Positions 49,236-60,439 of a DNA stretch of 64,000 nt are shown piece after piece. The notes under the pieces were generated by a model. That model saw nothing but the letters and a program-made list of their open reading frames with translations, did no database searches and was not told the DNA's origin. This DNA comes from Desulfosudaceae bacterium (lineage in GTDB: Bacteria > Desulfobacterota > Desulfobacteria > Desulfobacterales > Desulfosudaceae), in contig CAXXDV010000001.1 of the NCBI GenBank assembly GCA_963674745.2, forward strand, positions 2,560,001-2,624,000. The letters are read 5' to 3'. Position numbers and translations under genes: made by a program. Each line of letters starts with the position of its first letter. The stretch's first letter is position 1.

Positions 49236-50618
49236 ATGACAGATAAGCCATGGGGAGGCAGGTTCGCTGAAAAGACCGATCAGGCGGTAGAACAATTTAC
49301 GTCATCGGTGGCTGTGGATCGGCAACTGGCCAAATGCGATATTCAGGGCAGCATTGCTCACTGCCGGATGCTGGCCAGACAGAAAATAATTTCCGATCAG
49401 GAAGCAACCGCGATCATCGAGGGGCTGGAGGCCATTGAAAAGGATATCGCATCCGGTACGTTTATATTCTCGGACAGCCTGGAAGATGTGCATATGAATA
49501 TTGAAGCAGCGCTGTCCGAGAGAATCGGCCCCACGGCCGGCAAGCTCCATACCGGGCGCAGCCGTAACGACCAGGTGGCGGTTGATGTACGGTTGTGGCT
49601 GCGGGAGGAAAGCCGGCGCACTATCGAAGGCATCAAGGCGCTACGCCGTGCCATCGTCGCCGCGGCCAAAGACAATATTGATGTCATCATGCCCGGTTAC
49701 ACCCATCTCCAGCGGGCTCAGCCTGTCCGGCTGGCTCACCATCTCATGGCTTATTATGAGATGTTTTCCAGGGATGCCCGGCGATTTAAAGACGGCATGC
49801 GGCGCATCAATGTCATGCCCCTTGGCAGCGCGGCCCTGGCCGGAACGACCTATCCCCTGGACAGGGACTATACCGCTTCGCTCCTGGGCTTTGACGCTGT
49901 ATCGGCCAACAGTATGGATGCCGTTTCGGATCGGGACTTTGTAATTGAATTCCTGGCGTCGGCCAGCATCTGTATGATGCATTTTTCACGCCTGGCCGAA
50001 GAGCTGGTGATCTGGTCATCATCCGAATTCGGTTTTATAACGTTTTCAGACGCCTTTGCCACGGGCAGCAGTATCATGCCCCAGAAGAAAAATCCGGATA
50101 TTCCGGAGCTTGTGCGGGGCAAGACCGGCCGGGTATACGGCGCCCTGGTGGCCCTGCTGACCACCATGAAAGCCCTGCCCTTATGCTACAACCGGGACAT
50201 GCAGGAGGACAAGCCGCCGCTTTTTGACGCTGTCCAAACGCTGACGGCCTGTATCGATATCTGTACCCGGATGTTTGACAATTTTTCCGTAAACCATGAA
50301 GCCATGCGTCAAGCCGCCGGCAGCGGCTTCCTGAACGCCACGGATCTGGCGGATTATCTGGTCGGCAAGGGGCTGCCTTTCCGGGATGCGCATGCCTGTG
50401 CCGGTAAGGCGGTGGCGGTCGCTATCGAAAAAGGGTGTGAGTTACAGGCCCTGGCCCTGGATGAGTTAAAACAGTTTTCAGAACTTTTTGAGAAGGACGT
50501 GTATCATTTCCTTGACCTTGAACAGGTGGCGGATAAAAGAGACACATACGGCGGCACTTCCAGAAACGGGGTGCTGTCCCGGATAAAAGAGGCGGAAAAA
50601 GAGATTGGTCAAGCATAA
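49236..50618 (+). CDS. argH: Argininosuccinate lyase
   Basis: WGGRF, HTGRSRNDQV, PGYTHLQRAQ, GSSIMPQKKNPD. Confidence 0.97.
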   Translation: MTDKPWGGRFAEKTDQAVEQFTSSVAVDRQLAKCDIQGSIAHCRMLARQKIISDQEATAIIEGLEAIEKDIASGTFIFSDSLEDVHMNIEAALSERIGPTAGKLHTGRSRNDQVAVDVRLWLREESRRTIEGIKALRRAIVAAAKDNIDVIMPGYTHLQRAQPVRLAHHLMAYYEMFSRDARRFKDGMRRINVMPLGSAALAGTTYPLDRDYTASLLGFDAVSANSMDAVSDRDFVIEFLASASICMMHFSRLAEELVIWSSSEFGFITFSDAFATGSSIMPQKKNPDIPELVRGKTGRVYGALVALLTTMKALPLCYNRDMQEDKPPLFDAVQTLTACIDICTRMFDNFSVNHEAMRQAAGSGFLNATDLADYLVGKGLPFRDAHACAGKAVAVAIEKGCELQALALDELKQFSELFEKDVYHFLDLEQVADKRDTYGGTSRNGVLSRIKEAEKEIGQA

Positions 50619-51051
50619 TCCGCTGGTATGGGCGGTCCTGATAATGTTGACGCTTTTTGCGTGCGGTCGAAAAACCCTGCCCGTAGCCCCGAACGTTTAT
50701 GTTCCTCCGGCGGTGGAAAACTTGACCGCCACGTCAGCTTCCGGAGAAGTTACATTACGCTGGATTGTCCCGGATGGACAGCGGCAACGGAAAAAAGGCC
50801 TGTCCCGGGTAGTGGTTTTTATGGCGGATCGCTTTTCATGCCCGGACTGTCCGCCTGCTTTTGAGCCGATCGCGTCTATTTCATCCCGGGAGCTGGCGGA
50901 AAATGATCGGGGAGACCTGATAGGGACCTATACGCTACCGGCCCGGGAAAAAGGCCGCCGGCTGTTTTATGTGAAGCCCTTCACATCGCTCGGCATGCAA
51001 GGACCGGAATCGGATATTGTCGAGGTTGTCCGGCCGGCGGAGGAACGTTAA
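50605..51051 (+). CDS. Hypothetical lipoprotein (FN3-like, CxxC)
   Basis: Lipobox LFAC, then GRK..P..P, V.L.W, CPDCP. Confidence 0.65.
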   Translation: MVKHNPLVWAVLIMLTLFACGRKTLPVAPNVYVPPAVENLTATSASGEVTLRWIVPDGQRQRKKGLSRVVVFMADRFSCPDCPPAFEPIASISSRELAENDRGDLIGTYTLPAREKGRRLFYVKPFTSLGMQGPESDIVEVVRPAEER

Positions 51052-51546
51052 ATGTCTCATATCGCTTATATATCCATTGGGTCCAATATCGGTGACGGAA
51101 CCAGGAACTGCGACCGGGGTATAGCGGCAGTGGCGGCTGCGGATGGAATCGAATTGCTGGAACGGTCAAAGCTGTTTTTGACCGAGCCTGTGGATTATCT
51201 GGATCAACCCTGGTTTACCAATGCCATGATCAAGATCAGGACTTCTCTTGAGCCGCTGGAACTGCTGGACGTTTTGAAGCAGATTGAACGGGAGGCCGGC
51301 AGAAAGCCCCATACGGTGAGATTCGGGCCGCGAGTCCTTGATCTGGACATTCTGTTTTATGAGGATATGGTGTTGGATTCCGATGTGCTTGTGCTGCCAC
51401 ATCCGCGAATGCACAAAAGACATTTTGTCCTGCGGCCGTTTTGTGATATTGACCCAACTGTGGAGCATCCCGTTTATAAAAAAAATATTCAGGAATTGTT
51501 TGATCTGCTGGATGAACAGGGGCAGAAAGTGCAGGTGCATGAATGA
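51052..51546 (+). CDS. folK: 2-amino-4-hydroxy-6-hydroxymethyldihydropteridine diphosphokinase
   Basis: YISIGSN.G, GPRVLDLDIL, LPHPRM..R.FVL.P. Confidence 0.95.
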   Translation: MSHIAYISIGSNIGDGTRNCDRGIAAVAAADGIELLERSKLFLTEPVDYLDQPWFTNAMIKIRTSLEPLELLDVLKQIEREAGRKPHTVRFGPRVLDLDILFYEDMVLDSDVLVLPHPRMHKRHFVLRPFCDIDPTVEHPVYKKNIQELFDLLDEQGQKVQVHE

Positions 51547-51809
51547 TATTACGTTTACTGGCCTTTATCGGACTTGTCTATCTGCTGACCAAGGGGATCC
51601 GGCTCTGGTTGGCAGCGGTTCAGGCCGGCCAGCGGATCGCCAAAGCGGGCGAGGAACAGTCAAGGATCGACGATGTGATGGTCAAGGATCCGTATTGCAG
51701 TGTTTATTTTCCGAAAAGGGATGGGGTGCATTTAAGGTTCAAGGGCGAAGACCTCTATTTTTGTTCGGAAACCTGTCGTGATAAGTTTCTGATGGAACGG
51801 AAAAAATAG
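51543..51809 (+). CDS. Membrane-anchored YHS/TRASH domain protein
   Basis: N-terminal TM; KDPYC...YFCSETC. Confidence 0.8.
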   Translation: MILRLLAFIGLVYLLTKGIRLWLAAVQAGQRIAKAGEEQSRIDDVMVKDPYCSVYFPKRDGVHLRFKGEDLYFCSETCRDKFLMERKK

Positions 51810-51891
51810 GTCGCTGGCAGAACGGAAGGTGTCGACCGGTTTTAAAAAAAATGAACAAAGATTTGATAAGCTTAAGAAAGGAGATGTTTTA

Positions 51892-52536
51892 ATGAAATTT
51901 TTTATCGATACAGCGAATATAAACGAGATTAAGGAAGCAGCGAAAATGGGGATGGCGGACGGGGTTACCACCAATCCGTCTTTGATCGCCAAAGAAGGCG
52001 GTGACTTCAAGACGATTATCAAGCAGATCTGCGAAGTCGTGGATGGCCCCATCAGCGCCGAGGTGATCAGTCTTGAAACGGACGGCATGATTGCAGAAGC
52101 CCGGGAGCTGGCAAAAATCCATGAGAATATCGTGATCAAAATTCCCATGACCGTGGATGGTTTAAAGGCGGTCACGGCTCTGGCGGAAGAGAATATTCGT
52201 ACCAATGTGACACTGGTTTTTTCACCGCTTCAGGCGCTGATGGCCGCCAAAGCCGGTGCCGCTTATGTCAGCCCTTTTGTCGGTCGCCTGGATGATCTTT
52301 CGGCTGACGGCATGGTTCTGGTAGAGCAAATTGTCGAGATTTACAGCAATTACGCTTTTGACACCGAGATTATCGTGGCCAGTATCCGTAACCCCCTGCA
52401 CGTGCTGGAATCGGCTTTGATGGGCGCGGATATCGCGACCATCCCGTTTAATGTACTTTCAAAGCTGGCCGCACACCCCATGACGGACAAAGGCATTAAA
52501 GCCTTTCTGGATGACTGGGAAAAAACCAAAAAATAA
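51892..52536 (+). CDS. tal: Transaldolase / fructose-6-phosphate aldolase family
   Basis: [47 protein letters not shown] before ATG 51892. Confidence 0.9.
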   Translation: MKFFIDTANINEIKEAAKMGMADGVTTNPSLIAKEGGDFKTIIKQICEVVDGPISAEVISLETDGMIAEARELAKIHENIVIKIPMTVDGLKAVTALAEENIRTNVTLVFSPLQALMAAKAGAAYVSPFVGRLDDLSADGMVLVEQIVEIYSNYAFDTEIIVASIRNPLHVLESALMGADIATIPFNVLSKLAAHPMTDKGIKAFLDDWEKTKK

Positions 52537-52569
52537 TCCGGAAAGGGCGATTCCCTTAGGAGTTTTAAT

Positions 52570-53151
52570 ATGGCAGCAATATCAGATGTGAAGCGAATAC
52601 TGCAAAATCCCAATGCCCTGACCATGTCCCGCATTATCGCCAGCCCGGTTATTGTGATTCTTTTGTTGTTCCCCATGAACCGGGTGACGTGCTTTCTGGC
52701 GGCTCTGGTATTTTCCGCGGCCGCGATTACGGATTATTTTGACGGCTTTTTTGCCAGAAAATATGGTCAGATATCGGGTTTTGGAAAAGCCATGGATCCA
52801 CTGGCGGATAAAATGCTGATGACGGCTGTGTTTATCATGCTCACGTCCAAGGGGCTGATTCCCGGTTGGGTGGTATGCCTTATCATCGGGCGGGAACTGG
52901 CGGTTACCGGGTTGCGCAATATACTGGCCGGTAAGGGAGAAGATATCTCCGCTTCAATCTGGGGGAAATGGAAAACCGGTTTTCAGATCGGGGCGTCGAT
53001 CCCCCTGCTGCTGCATTATGAATATTTTGGCATCGATTTTCACGCCCTTGGTATTCTGGTGCTCTGGGTTGCGGTGGCATTGACGCTCTGGTCGGCGATT
53101 GACTATTTTGTCAAAGCCCGGTCGGTTTTTTTTGATGAAGCTTTACCCTGA
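52570..53151 (+). CDS. pgsA: CDP-diacylglycerol--glycerol-3-phosphate 3-phosphatidyltransferase
   Basis: PN.LT..R, TDYFDG..AR....S.FG..DP.ADK, RE..VTGLR, GK.KT..Q. Confidence 0.93.
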   Translation: MAAISDVKRILQNPNALTMSRIIASPVIVILLLFPMNRVTCFLAALVFSAAAITDYFDGFFARKYGQISGFGKAMDPLADKMLMTAVFIMLTSKGLIPGWVVCLIIGRELAVTGLRNILAGKGEDISASIWGKWKTGFQIGASIPLLLHYEYFGIDFHALGILVLWVAVALTLWSAIDYFVKARSVFFDEALP

Positions 53152-53177
53152 TATTTTAATATGATATATTAAATAAG

Positions 53178-54107
53178 ATGAATAAGCGGATCACCATATT
53201 TGTTGCCAGCCATTCCGGAGCCCTGGTTAAACAGGTCACGCTACCCAGAATCTTTCTGGTGGGGATCGGTTTTCTGGTCGTTGCCGGCATCATTTCGGCA
53301 GGGGTTGTTTTTTCAAATTACATTACCCTCAAAAAGAAGGCCGCCAGTGCAAGGCTTCTTTCCGAAACCATCGAATCCCAGCAGAATGCGCTGGCAGAAC
53401 AGCAGCAGCAGATAAAAGGGCTGGTTGACCGGATTAACATGATGAAATCACAGCTTTTTGCCTTACGTGATTTCGAGAAGAAAATCCGAGTGATCGCTGA
53501 TTTGGAAAGCCAGTCGGAATCCACCGGGCTGTTTGGTATAGGGGGGGTGTCTTTAAAAGAGATTAATGCGCAGGACTGTACGGAAGAAAGGCAGAACGCG
53601 CTTGTCAGGGAAATGCACCAGCAGTTGAATTTGCTGGATAACGCCTTTTCCGGTCAAGAGGACGGCCTTTCCTCTTTGTTAAGTTGCCTGGAAGATAAAC
53701 GCCGACTCCTGGCCTCGACGCCCGCCATTCGGCCTATGAACGGCGGTTGGATCACGTCCCGGTTTGAATACCGGAAATCTCCTTTTACCGGCCGGCGGGA
53801 GTTCCATCATGGGCTTGATATCGCAGCCAGCATGGACACGCCTGTTATTGCTTCGGCTGACGGAAAGGTGATCTTTTGCGGAACCAAAGGGGGGCTGGGA
53901 AAAGCTGTTATCATTGATCACGGTCGCGGAATTGTCTCCCGCTATGGTCATTTGAATAAATTAAAAAAGAAAAAAGGCGATTTCGTGAGTCGGGAAGATA
54001 TTATCGGAACGGTCGGGAATACCGGCCAGTCCACCGGTCCTCACCTTCATTATGAAGTCCGGGTGAATGGTGTGCCGGTTGACCCGGAAAAGTATATCCT
54101 GAATTAA
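53178..54107 (+). CDS. M23 family metallopeptidase
   Basis: TM plus coiled coil; HHGLD (HxxxD), YGHL, STGPHLHYEV. Confidence 0.92.
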   Translation: MNKRITIFVASHSGALVKQVTLPRIFLVGIGFLVVAGIISAGVVFSNYITLKKKAASARLLSETIESQQNALAEQQQQIKGLVDRINMMKSQLFALRDFEKKIRVIADLESQSESTGLFGIGGVSLKEINAQDCTEERQNALVREMHQQLNLLDNAFSGQEDGLSSLLSCLEDKRRLLASTPAIRPMNGGWITSRFEYRKSPFTGRREFHHGLDIAASMDTPVIASADGKVIFCGTKGGLGKAVIIDHGRGIVSRYGHLNKLKKKKGDFVSREDIIGTVGNTGQSTGPHLHYEVRVNGVPVDPEKYILN

Positions 54108-54274
54108 CCCCCCCTCATAACCACTTCTTTTTCTTATCAGTATCAAATGATTTGCAGACATGTCATAAATGCGGGCGGACAAGGTGCCTCCGGCCGACCT
54201 CCGATACGGTGAGGTTCTGTCTGAAAGATATAGAAGATAACATCCAACAGTGACATAGATTTTAAGAAAGTGCG

Positions 54275-56854
54275 ATGATGACATTTATTGAGTGGTTGGA
54301 GAAGGTTGTTGCAGATTTTTTCGGCCGGATCGGCCAGTTGCTGATCGCCGTTTTTGGTAGCCGGAATGAGCGGGAATTGAAAAAGATCGCGCCCCAGGTG
54401 ACGGCCATTAATGATCTTGAACCCGCCCTGCAGGCCATGTCGGACGAAGAACTTAAGCGCCAGACAGATGTGCTGAAAAAGCGTTATCAGGATGGGGAAA
54501 CGTTGGATGATCTGCTGCCTGAAGCCTTTGCCACCGTCAGAGAGGCTTCTGTCAGGACGCTGGGCATGCGGCATTATGATGTTCAGTTGATCGGCGGTAT
54601 CGTTTTGCATCAGGGCCGGATTTCGGAGATGAAAACCGGTGAAGGTAAAACCCTGGCTGCCACGCTTCCGGTTTACCTGAACGCGCTTTCCGGGCGTGGC
54701 GTTCATGTGATTACCGTTAATGATTATCTGGCAACCCGTGACGCTGAGTGGATGGGAACGATTTACCGGTTTCTGGGGATGTCGGTGGGGGTCATCACCC
54801 ATGACATCAGCGATGAGGACCGTATTGCCGCTTATCAGGCGGATATTACTTATGGAACCAATAATGAGTTCGGGTTTGATTATCTCCGGGACAACATGAA
54901 GTTTTATAAGGCGTCTCTGGTTCAACGGGAGTTGAATTTTGCCATTGTTGACGAAGTGGACAGTATTTTGATTGATGAGGCCAGAACGCCGTTGATCATT
55001 TCGGGCCCGGCGGAAAAATCGACAAACCTCTATTACCAGGCAAATAATATTATTCCCGGACTCAAAGCCGAAGACGATTACACCATAGATGAAAAGGCCA
55101 GGAGCGTCACATTGACGGAAAGCGGTGTCGCCAAAGCGGAGCGCGCCTACGGGGTGGAAAATCTTTACGGCCCTGAGAATGTGGAACTTCTTCATCATGC
55201 CAACCAGGCGTTGAAGGCCCACAAACTTTTCAAACGGGATGTGGATTACATTGTTACGGATGATCAAGAGGTGGTTATTGTCGACGAGTTTACCGGTCGT
55301 CTGATGCCCGGGCGCCGTTTCAGTGAAGGCCTGCATCAGGCGCTTGAAGCCAAGGAAAACGTGAAAATCGAGAACGAAAACCAGACCCTGGCGACGATCA
55401 CATTTCAGAATTACTTCCGGATGTATGACAAGCTGGCCGGTATGACCGGTACGGCAGATACAGAAGCTGAAGAGTTTGGAAAGATTTACGGGCTGGACGT
55501 GATGGTGATCCCGACCAATAAAGCAATGATTCGAATTGATTATCCGGACGTGATTTACCGGACCAGGAAAGAAAAATACCAGGCCGCCCTGGAAGAAATT
55601 GTGGAACTGCATGAAAAAGGGCAACCGGTGCTGGTCGGTACGGTTTCCATTGATGTGTCGGAGCAGATCAGCCGGACGTTAAAGAAAAAAGGGGTCCCGC
55701 ATACTGTCCTGAATGCTAAACGACACCGGCAGGAGGCTGAAATTATTGCCAACGCCGGCCAAAAAGGGGCGGTGACCATTTCCACCAACATGGCCGGTCG
55801 GGGGACGGATATTGTCCTGGGCGAGGGGATCGTCGAACTGGGTGGATTGCATATTCTCGGCACGGAGCGGCATGAGAGCCGGCGAATTGACAATCAGTTA
55901 CGAGGGCGTTCCGGGCGGCAGGGGGATCCCGGTAGCTCCCGTTTTTATCTGGCGCTGGAAGATGATCTGCTGCGGATTTTCGGCGGTGAACGGATGGGCA
56001 GAATCATGAGCACCCTCGGCATGCAGGAAGGTGAGCCGATCACCCACGGCATGATCAGCCGGGCCATTGAAAACGCCCAGAAAAAAGTCGAAGCGCACAA
56101 TTTTGATATTCGTAAACATCTGCTCGAATATGATGACGTCATGAACGAACAACGGGAAGTCGTTTACAGCCAGCGGCGCACCGCACTTGACGGGGAAGGG
56201 CTGGGGGATTTCATCCTGTCCATGGTCAGCGATAAATGTGTCGATATTGCCGACCGTTATGCGGACAGCAGAGTCCCGCCTGAAAATTGGGATTTGTCCG
56301 GCTTGTCGGAAGCGGTTTATAAACAGTTCAACTTTCACCTGAAACTGGACGATGACCGTCTTGACGGGCTTGATGCCGAGGCATTGACCGATCTGATATA
56401 TGATGAATGCACTGTCCGTTATCAGGAAAAAGAACGACAGATCGGTGCCGATGAATTAAGAAAGCTGGAACAGATATTGCTTTTACAGACGGTTGATGCC
56501 CTGTGGAAAGACCATTTACTTTCCATGGACCACTTAAAGGAGGGCATCGGTTTGCGGGGTTATGCTCAGCAGAATCCCCTGATTATATATAAGCGGGAAG
56601 CTTTTGAGATGTTTGAGGAGATGGTCGAACGGATCAAGGAAGAGACCCTGATGATTCTTTTCAGGATACGGATCGAAAGTGAAGAAAAAGTCGACGCTCT
56701 GATGCAGCCCAAAGAACAGAATTTTACATTATCCCATGGGGATATGGACGAACGTAAAAAAGAGCCGGTGAAACGAAAAGAAGGCAAGGTCGGCCGCAAT
56801 GACCCCTGCCCGTGCGGCAGCGGAAAAAAATATAAGAAATGTTGCGGCGCTTAA
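54275..56854 (+). CDS. secA: Preprotein translocase subunit SecA
   Basis: [41 protein letters not shown]-terminal [22 protein letters not shown]. Confidence 0.98.
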   Translation: MMTFIEWLEKVVADFFGRIGQLLIAVFGSRNERELKKIAPQVTAINDLEPALQAMSDEELKRQTDVLKKRYQDGETLDDLLPEAFATVREASVRTLGMRHYDVQLIGGIVLHQGRISEMKTGEGKTLAATLPVYLNALSGRGVHVITVNDYLATRDAEWMGTIYRFLGMSVGVITHDISDEDRIAAYQADITYGTNNEFGFDYLRDNMKFYKASLVQRELNFAIVDEVDSILIDEARTPLIISGPAEKSTNLYYQANNIIPGLKAEDDYTIDEKARSVTLTESGVAKAERAYGVENLYGPENVELLHHANQALKAHKLFKRDVDYIVTDDQEVVIVDEFTGRLMPGRRFSEGLHQALEAKENVKIENENQTLATITFQNYFRMYDKLAGMTGTADTEAEEFGKIYGLDVMVIPTNKAMIRIDYPDVIYRTRKEKYQAALEEIVELHEKGQPVLVGTVSIDVSEQISRTLKKKGVPHTVLNAKRHRQEAEIIANAGQKGAVTISTNMAGRGTDIVLGEGIVELGGLHILGTERHESRRIDNQLRGRSGRQGDPGSSRFYLALEDDLLRIFGGERMGRIMSTLGMQEGEPITHGMISRAIENAQKKVEAHNFDIRKHLLEYDDVMNEQREVVYSQRRTALDGEGLGDFILSMVSDKCVDIADRYADSRVPPENWDLSGLSEAVYKQFNFHLKLDDDRLDGLDAEALTDLIYDECTVRYQEKERQIGADELRKLEQILLLQTVDALWKDHLLSMDHLKEGIGLRGYAQQNPLIIYKREAFEMFEEMVERIKEETLMILFRIRIESEEKVDALMQPKEQNFTLSHGDMDERKKEPVKRKEGKVGRNDPCPCGSGKKYKKCCGA

Positions 56855-56910
56855 GCCCGGCTCTGGGGATAATATGTCTTCTGCGTGGTGTTTCACATGT
56901 TTTTTCAGGC

Positions 56911-56939
56911 TTGATTTTTACCCGCCGGATGTATATACT
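56911..56939 (+). promoter_or_regulatory. Putative sigma70 promoter of clpS-clpA
   Basis: TTGATT (56911-56916), 17-nt spacer, TATACT (56934-56939). Confidence 0.6.
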
Positions 56940-57031
56940 ATACTATAGTATCAAGACAACTGCTGCTGATAGACAGGTTCACGCGTATTCTGACGGTCGT
57001 CATTCGTTTTAACAATTCGTAGAGTTTAATC

Positions 57032-57346
57032 ATGGGTGATCGAAATTCTGAAATCCAGCCCGGTTTTTTACCCACCACCCGTCAGCGGGTAAAGCTGCCA
57101 TCCATGTATAAGGTATTGCTCCATAATGATGATTACACGACCATGGAGTTTGTGGTTGAAGTTTTGCGGCGGGTATTCAACAAATCATTTGAAGAAGCGA
57201 CGATGATTATGTTGAATGTGCATCGCAGCGGGCTGGGTGTGTGTGGCCTTTTCACCTATGAAATTGCTGAGACGAAAGTCGACCTGGTTCATACCATGGC
57301 CCGGGAAAGAGGATTCCCGTTAAAATGTTCTATGGAAAGGGAATAG
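57032..57346 (+). CDS. clpS: Clp protease adaptor ClpS
   Basis: YKVLLHNDDYTTMEFVV, ML.VH..G, FPL.C.ME. Confidence 0.95.
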   Translation: MGDRNSEIQPGFLPTTRQRVKLPSMYKVLLHNDDYTTMEFVVEVLRRVFNKSFEEATMIMLNVHRSGLGVCGLFTYEIAETKVDLVHTMARERGFPLKCSMERE

Positions 57347-57350
57347 TCGT

Positions 57351-59591
57351 ATGATCAGTAAAGAACTCAGCGCCACGCTCGGCTTTGCTGTTAGCGAGGC
57401 AAAAAAATACCGACATGAGTTCGTCTGCCTGGAGCATGTTCTGTATGCCATTCTTCACGACAATTCCGGTATCGAGATTGTTGCCGGTTGTGGCGGTAAT
57501 GTAGAAGAACTGAAGAATTCTCTGGAGATTTTTTTCAGACATAAGGTGGAAAGTGTTCCGCATGGTGAGGAATATGTTTTACAGCAGACGATCGGTTTCC
57601 AGAGAGTGATTCAAAGAGCGGTAAACCATGCCCGGTCGGCTGAAAAAGAAAAAGTTGTCGTCGGTGATATCCTGGCCGCGATTTTTGAGGAAAAATCCTC
57701 TCATGCGGTTTATTTCCTTGAAAAAGAGGGTATCACCCGGCTGGAGGTGTTGAATTATATCTCCCACACCCAGGAAAATATCTTTATTCAGGAATATCCG
57801 GAAGAAACAGAACGGACGACGGATACCGGTAAAAAGAAAACCCGCCTGGATCCGCTGGAAGTATTCACGGTTGAGCTGGTGCAGAAAGCGGCTGACGGTG
57901 AGATCGATCCCTTTATCGGCCGGGAACTTGAAATGCAGCGGACGATCCAGGTCCTCTGCCGCAGGAAGAAAAACAATCCGGTTTTTGTCGGTGATCCCGG
58001 TGTCGGGAAAACGGCCATTGCCGAGGGCCTGGCCCAGAAAATCTGCAACGGGGAAGTCCCGCCCATGCTGGTTGATATCCGGATATACTCCCTTGATATG
58101 GGGTCACTTCTGGCCGGAACCAAATTCAGGGGGGATTTCGAGCAGCGACTGAAAAAGGTACTCCAGGCATTAAAGAAAAAGAAAAACGCCATTCTGTTTA
58201 TCGATGAGATCCATACCATTGTCGGCGCCGGTGCTACCAGTAGCGGCTCCATGGACGCGTCCAATATTTTAAAGCCGGTGTTGTCCACCGGCGATATCCG
58301 CTGTGTCGGTTCCACGACTTATGAAGAATACAAAAATCATTTTGAAAAAGACCGGGCCCTTTCAAGGCGGTTCGAGAAAATAGAAATCAGCGAACCCTCT
58401 CCGGAAGACACGTTAAAGATTTTGAAGGGCTTAAAAGACCGTTATGAAGCACATCATGAGATTGTATTCACGGAAGCGGCTTTAAAAAGCGCGGTTGACC
58501 TGTCATCCCGCTATCTGAACGATCGCTTTCTGCCGGACAAGGCCATAGACGTGATTGACGAGGCGGGTGCCTATATCCGGCTTTCCGGCGGTGCGCACCG
58601 GACAAAAGTCAATCCGGCCGACATCGAGAAAATTGTCGCCGGTATGGCCAAGATTCCCTTACAGCGGGTCTCCAAAAACGATCGCGAACGGCTGAGCGGC
58701 CTGGAACCAGGACTGAAATCAGTGGTTTTCGGTCAGGATGAGGCTATTTCTTTTCTGACGGCGTCTATCAAACGCAACCGGGCCGGCCTGGCCAGGCCGG
58801 ATAAACCCATTGGCTCTTTTCTGTTTACCGGCCCGACCGGCGTAGGTAAAACGGAAATTGCCAGACAGGTGGCCGCCATCCTGGGTGTCAGCTTTTTCAG
58901 GTTTGATATGAGTGAATACATGGAAAAGCATGCTGTCGCCCGCCTGATCGGTGCGCCTCCGGGATATGTCGGATTTGAACAGTCGGGAATGTTGACCGAC
59001 CGGATCCGTAAGCATCCTTACAGTGTGTTGCTGCTGGACGAAATTGAAAAAGCCCACATTGACGTTTATAACATCCTGCTTCAGATTATGGATCGGGCGG
59101 TACTGACGGACAACAACGGTAAGGAAGCCGACTTCCGGAATGTGATTGTTATCATGACATCAAACGTCGGCTCCCGGGAGATCAGCAGCCAGTCCATCGG
59201 TTTCGGCAGTGACGCTAATGATCCTGCCGGTAAAGGGAAAAAGGCAATTGAGAACTTTTTTACGCCGGAATTCAGGAACCGGCTGGATGGAATTGTTGCC
59301 TTTAACGCACTGACGACAGAAATCATGGAACTGGTGGTGGACAAGTTTATCAGTCAGCTTTGTTCACAGCTTGCCACACAGAAAATATCGCTTTCCATTT
59401 CCCGGCATGCCAGGCGGTGGCTGGCCGAGGAGGGGCATGATTCGATATACGGTGCCCGTCCCCTGGAGCGGCTGATTCAGACAAAGATCAAGGATGTCCT
59501 GTCCGATGAAATTCTGTTCGGCCGCCTGGAAAAGGGCGGCGATGTTTTTGTCGATTTTGCCGAAGACACCCTGACGTTTGACTACAGGTAG
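57351..59591 (+). CDS. clpA: ATP-dependent Clp protease ATP-binding subunit ClpA
   Basis: Two AAA domains ([16 protein letters not shown]), no ClpB middle domain, IGF loop, follows clpS. Confidence 0.96.
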   Translation: MISKELSATLGFAVSEAKKYRHEFVCLEHVLYAILHDNSGIEIVAGCGGNVEELKNSLEIFFRHKVESVPHGEEYVLQQTIGFQRVIQRAVNHARSAEKEKVVVGDILAAIFEEKSSHAVYFLEKEGITRLEVLNYISHTQENIFIQEYPEETERTTDTGKKKTRLDPLEVFTVELVQKAADGEIDPFIGRELEMQRTIQVLCRRKKNNPVFVGDPGVGKTAIAEGLAQKICNGEVPPMLVDIRIYSLDMGSLLAGTKFRGDFEQRLKKVLQALKKKKNAILFIDEIHTIVGAGATSSGSMDASNILKPVLSTGDIRCVGSTTYEEYKNHFEKDRALSRRFEKIEISEPSPEDTLKILKGLKDRYEAHHEIVFTEAALKSAVDLSSRYLNDRFLPDKAIDVIDEAGAYIRLSGGAHRTKVNPADIEKIVAGMAKIPLQRVSKNDRERLSGLEPGLKSVVFGQDEAISFLTASIKRNRAGLARPDKPIGSFLFTGPTGVGKTEIARQVAAILGVSFFRFDMSEYMEKHAVARLIGAPPGYVGFEQSGMLTDRIRKHPYSVLLLDEIEKAHIDVYNILLQIMDRAVLTDNNGKEADFRNVIVIMTSNVGSREISSQSIGFGSDANDPAGKGKKAIENFFTPEFRNRLDGIVAFNALTTEIMELVVDKFISQLCSQLATQKISLSISRHARRWLAEEGHDSIYGARPLERLIQTKIKDVLSDEILFGRLEKGGDVFVDFAEDTLTFDYR

Positions 59592-59674
59592 AACGAAAAC
59601 GATGTGGTAAGGGGGGGGCATCGTGTGAATATCGGACACCGTAATAACGGGTCCGTTCGATCCTATGCACAAAC

Positions 59675-60352
59675 ATGACGATTTTTCTACTGGATGGGGA
59701 AACCGTTGATTTTCCACCACCGCGACTGGCTGACGCCGTTGGTTTGTTGGCCGTTGGAGGGGACCTTTCAATCGAACGTCTTGTGAGTGCTTATCGTTCT
59801 GGTGTTTTTCCCTGGTTTTCAGAAGGTGATCCGGTCTTGTGGTGGTCGCCCGACCCCCGGCTGGTCCTGTATCCTGAAGAACTGAACGTATCGAAAAGCC
59901 TGCGCAGGGTGATTAATAAACAGTTGTTTGACATTCGTTTTGATACGGCTTTTGGTGATGTAATCGGGTTTTGTGCCCGGGTAAAACGAAAAGGTGTTCA
60001 AGACACATGGATAACAGCCGATATGATTGACGCCTATTGCCATCTTCATAAAGCCGGTCTGGCGCATTCAATCGAAGCCTGGCAGAACGATCAACTGGCG
60101 GGCGGTTTGTACGGGGTGGCCATCGGGCGGTGTTTTTTTGGAGAATCCATGTTTACCCTGATCAGTAATGCCGCCAAGGTGGCGCTTGTGGCTCTGGTGG
60201 ACTTTCTGAAACAGCACAATTTTTCAATGATTGACTGCCAGATGACCACTGATAATCTGCTTCGTTTTGGTGCCAGGGAGATCCCGCGGCGTCATTTTCT
60301 GGCGCAACTGGCAACGGCTGTGGCAGCACCGTCCCTAAAGGGAGCATGGTGA
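59675..60352 (+). CDS. aat: Leucyl/phenylalanyl-tRNA--protein transferase
   Basis: GLLAVGGDL, AY..G.FPW, WWSPDPR, TWI, GGLYGV, FGESMF, IDCQ. Confidence 0.95.
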   Translation: MTIFLLDGETVDFPPPRLADAVGLLAVGGDLSIERLVSAYRSGVFPWFSEGDPVLWWSPDPRLVLYPEELNVSKSLRRVINKQLFDIRFDTAFGDVIGFCARVKRKGVQDTWITADMIDAYCHLHKAGLAHSIEAWQNDQLAGGLYGVAIGRCFFGESMFTLISNAAKVALVALVDFLKQHNFSMIDCQMTTDNLLRFGAREIPRRHFLAQLATAVAAPSLKGAW

Positions 60353-60439
60353 GGAAAAAAAAGTGAATAAAAGGGGTTGGGGGCTTTTAAAATACGGTTG
60401 CCCGACCCATAAAAGCAGGTGTGTTGAAAAGGAGGCAAT

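Noticed and set aside
54170..54225. c-di-GMP-I riboswitch (GCCTCCGGCC resembles part of P3)
   Set aside because: The GGCAAACC-GNRA-GACGCAAA elements are missing.
54143..55624. 493-aa antisense ORF
   Set aside because: It lies opposite secA and has no recognisable motifs; typical antisense shadow of a conserved gene.
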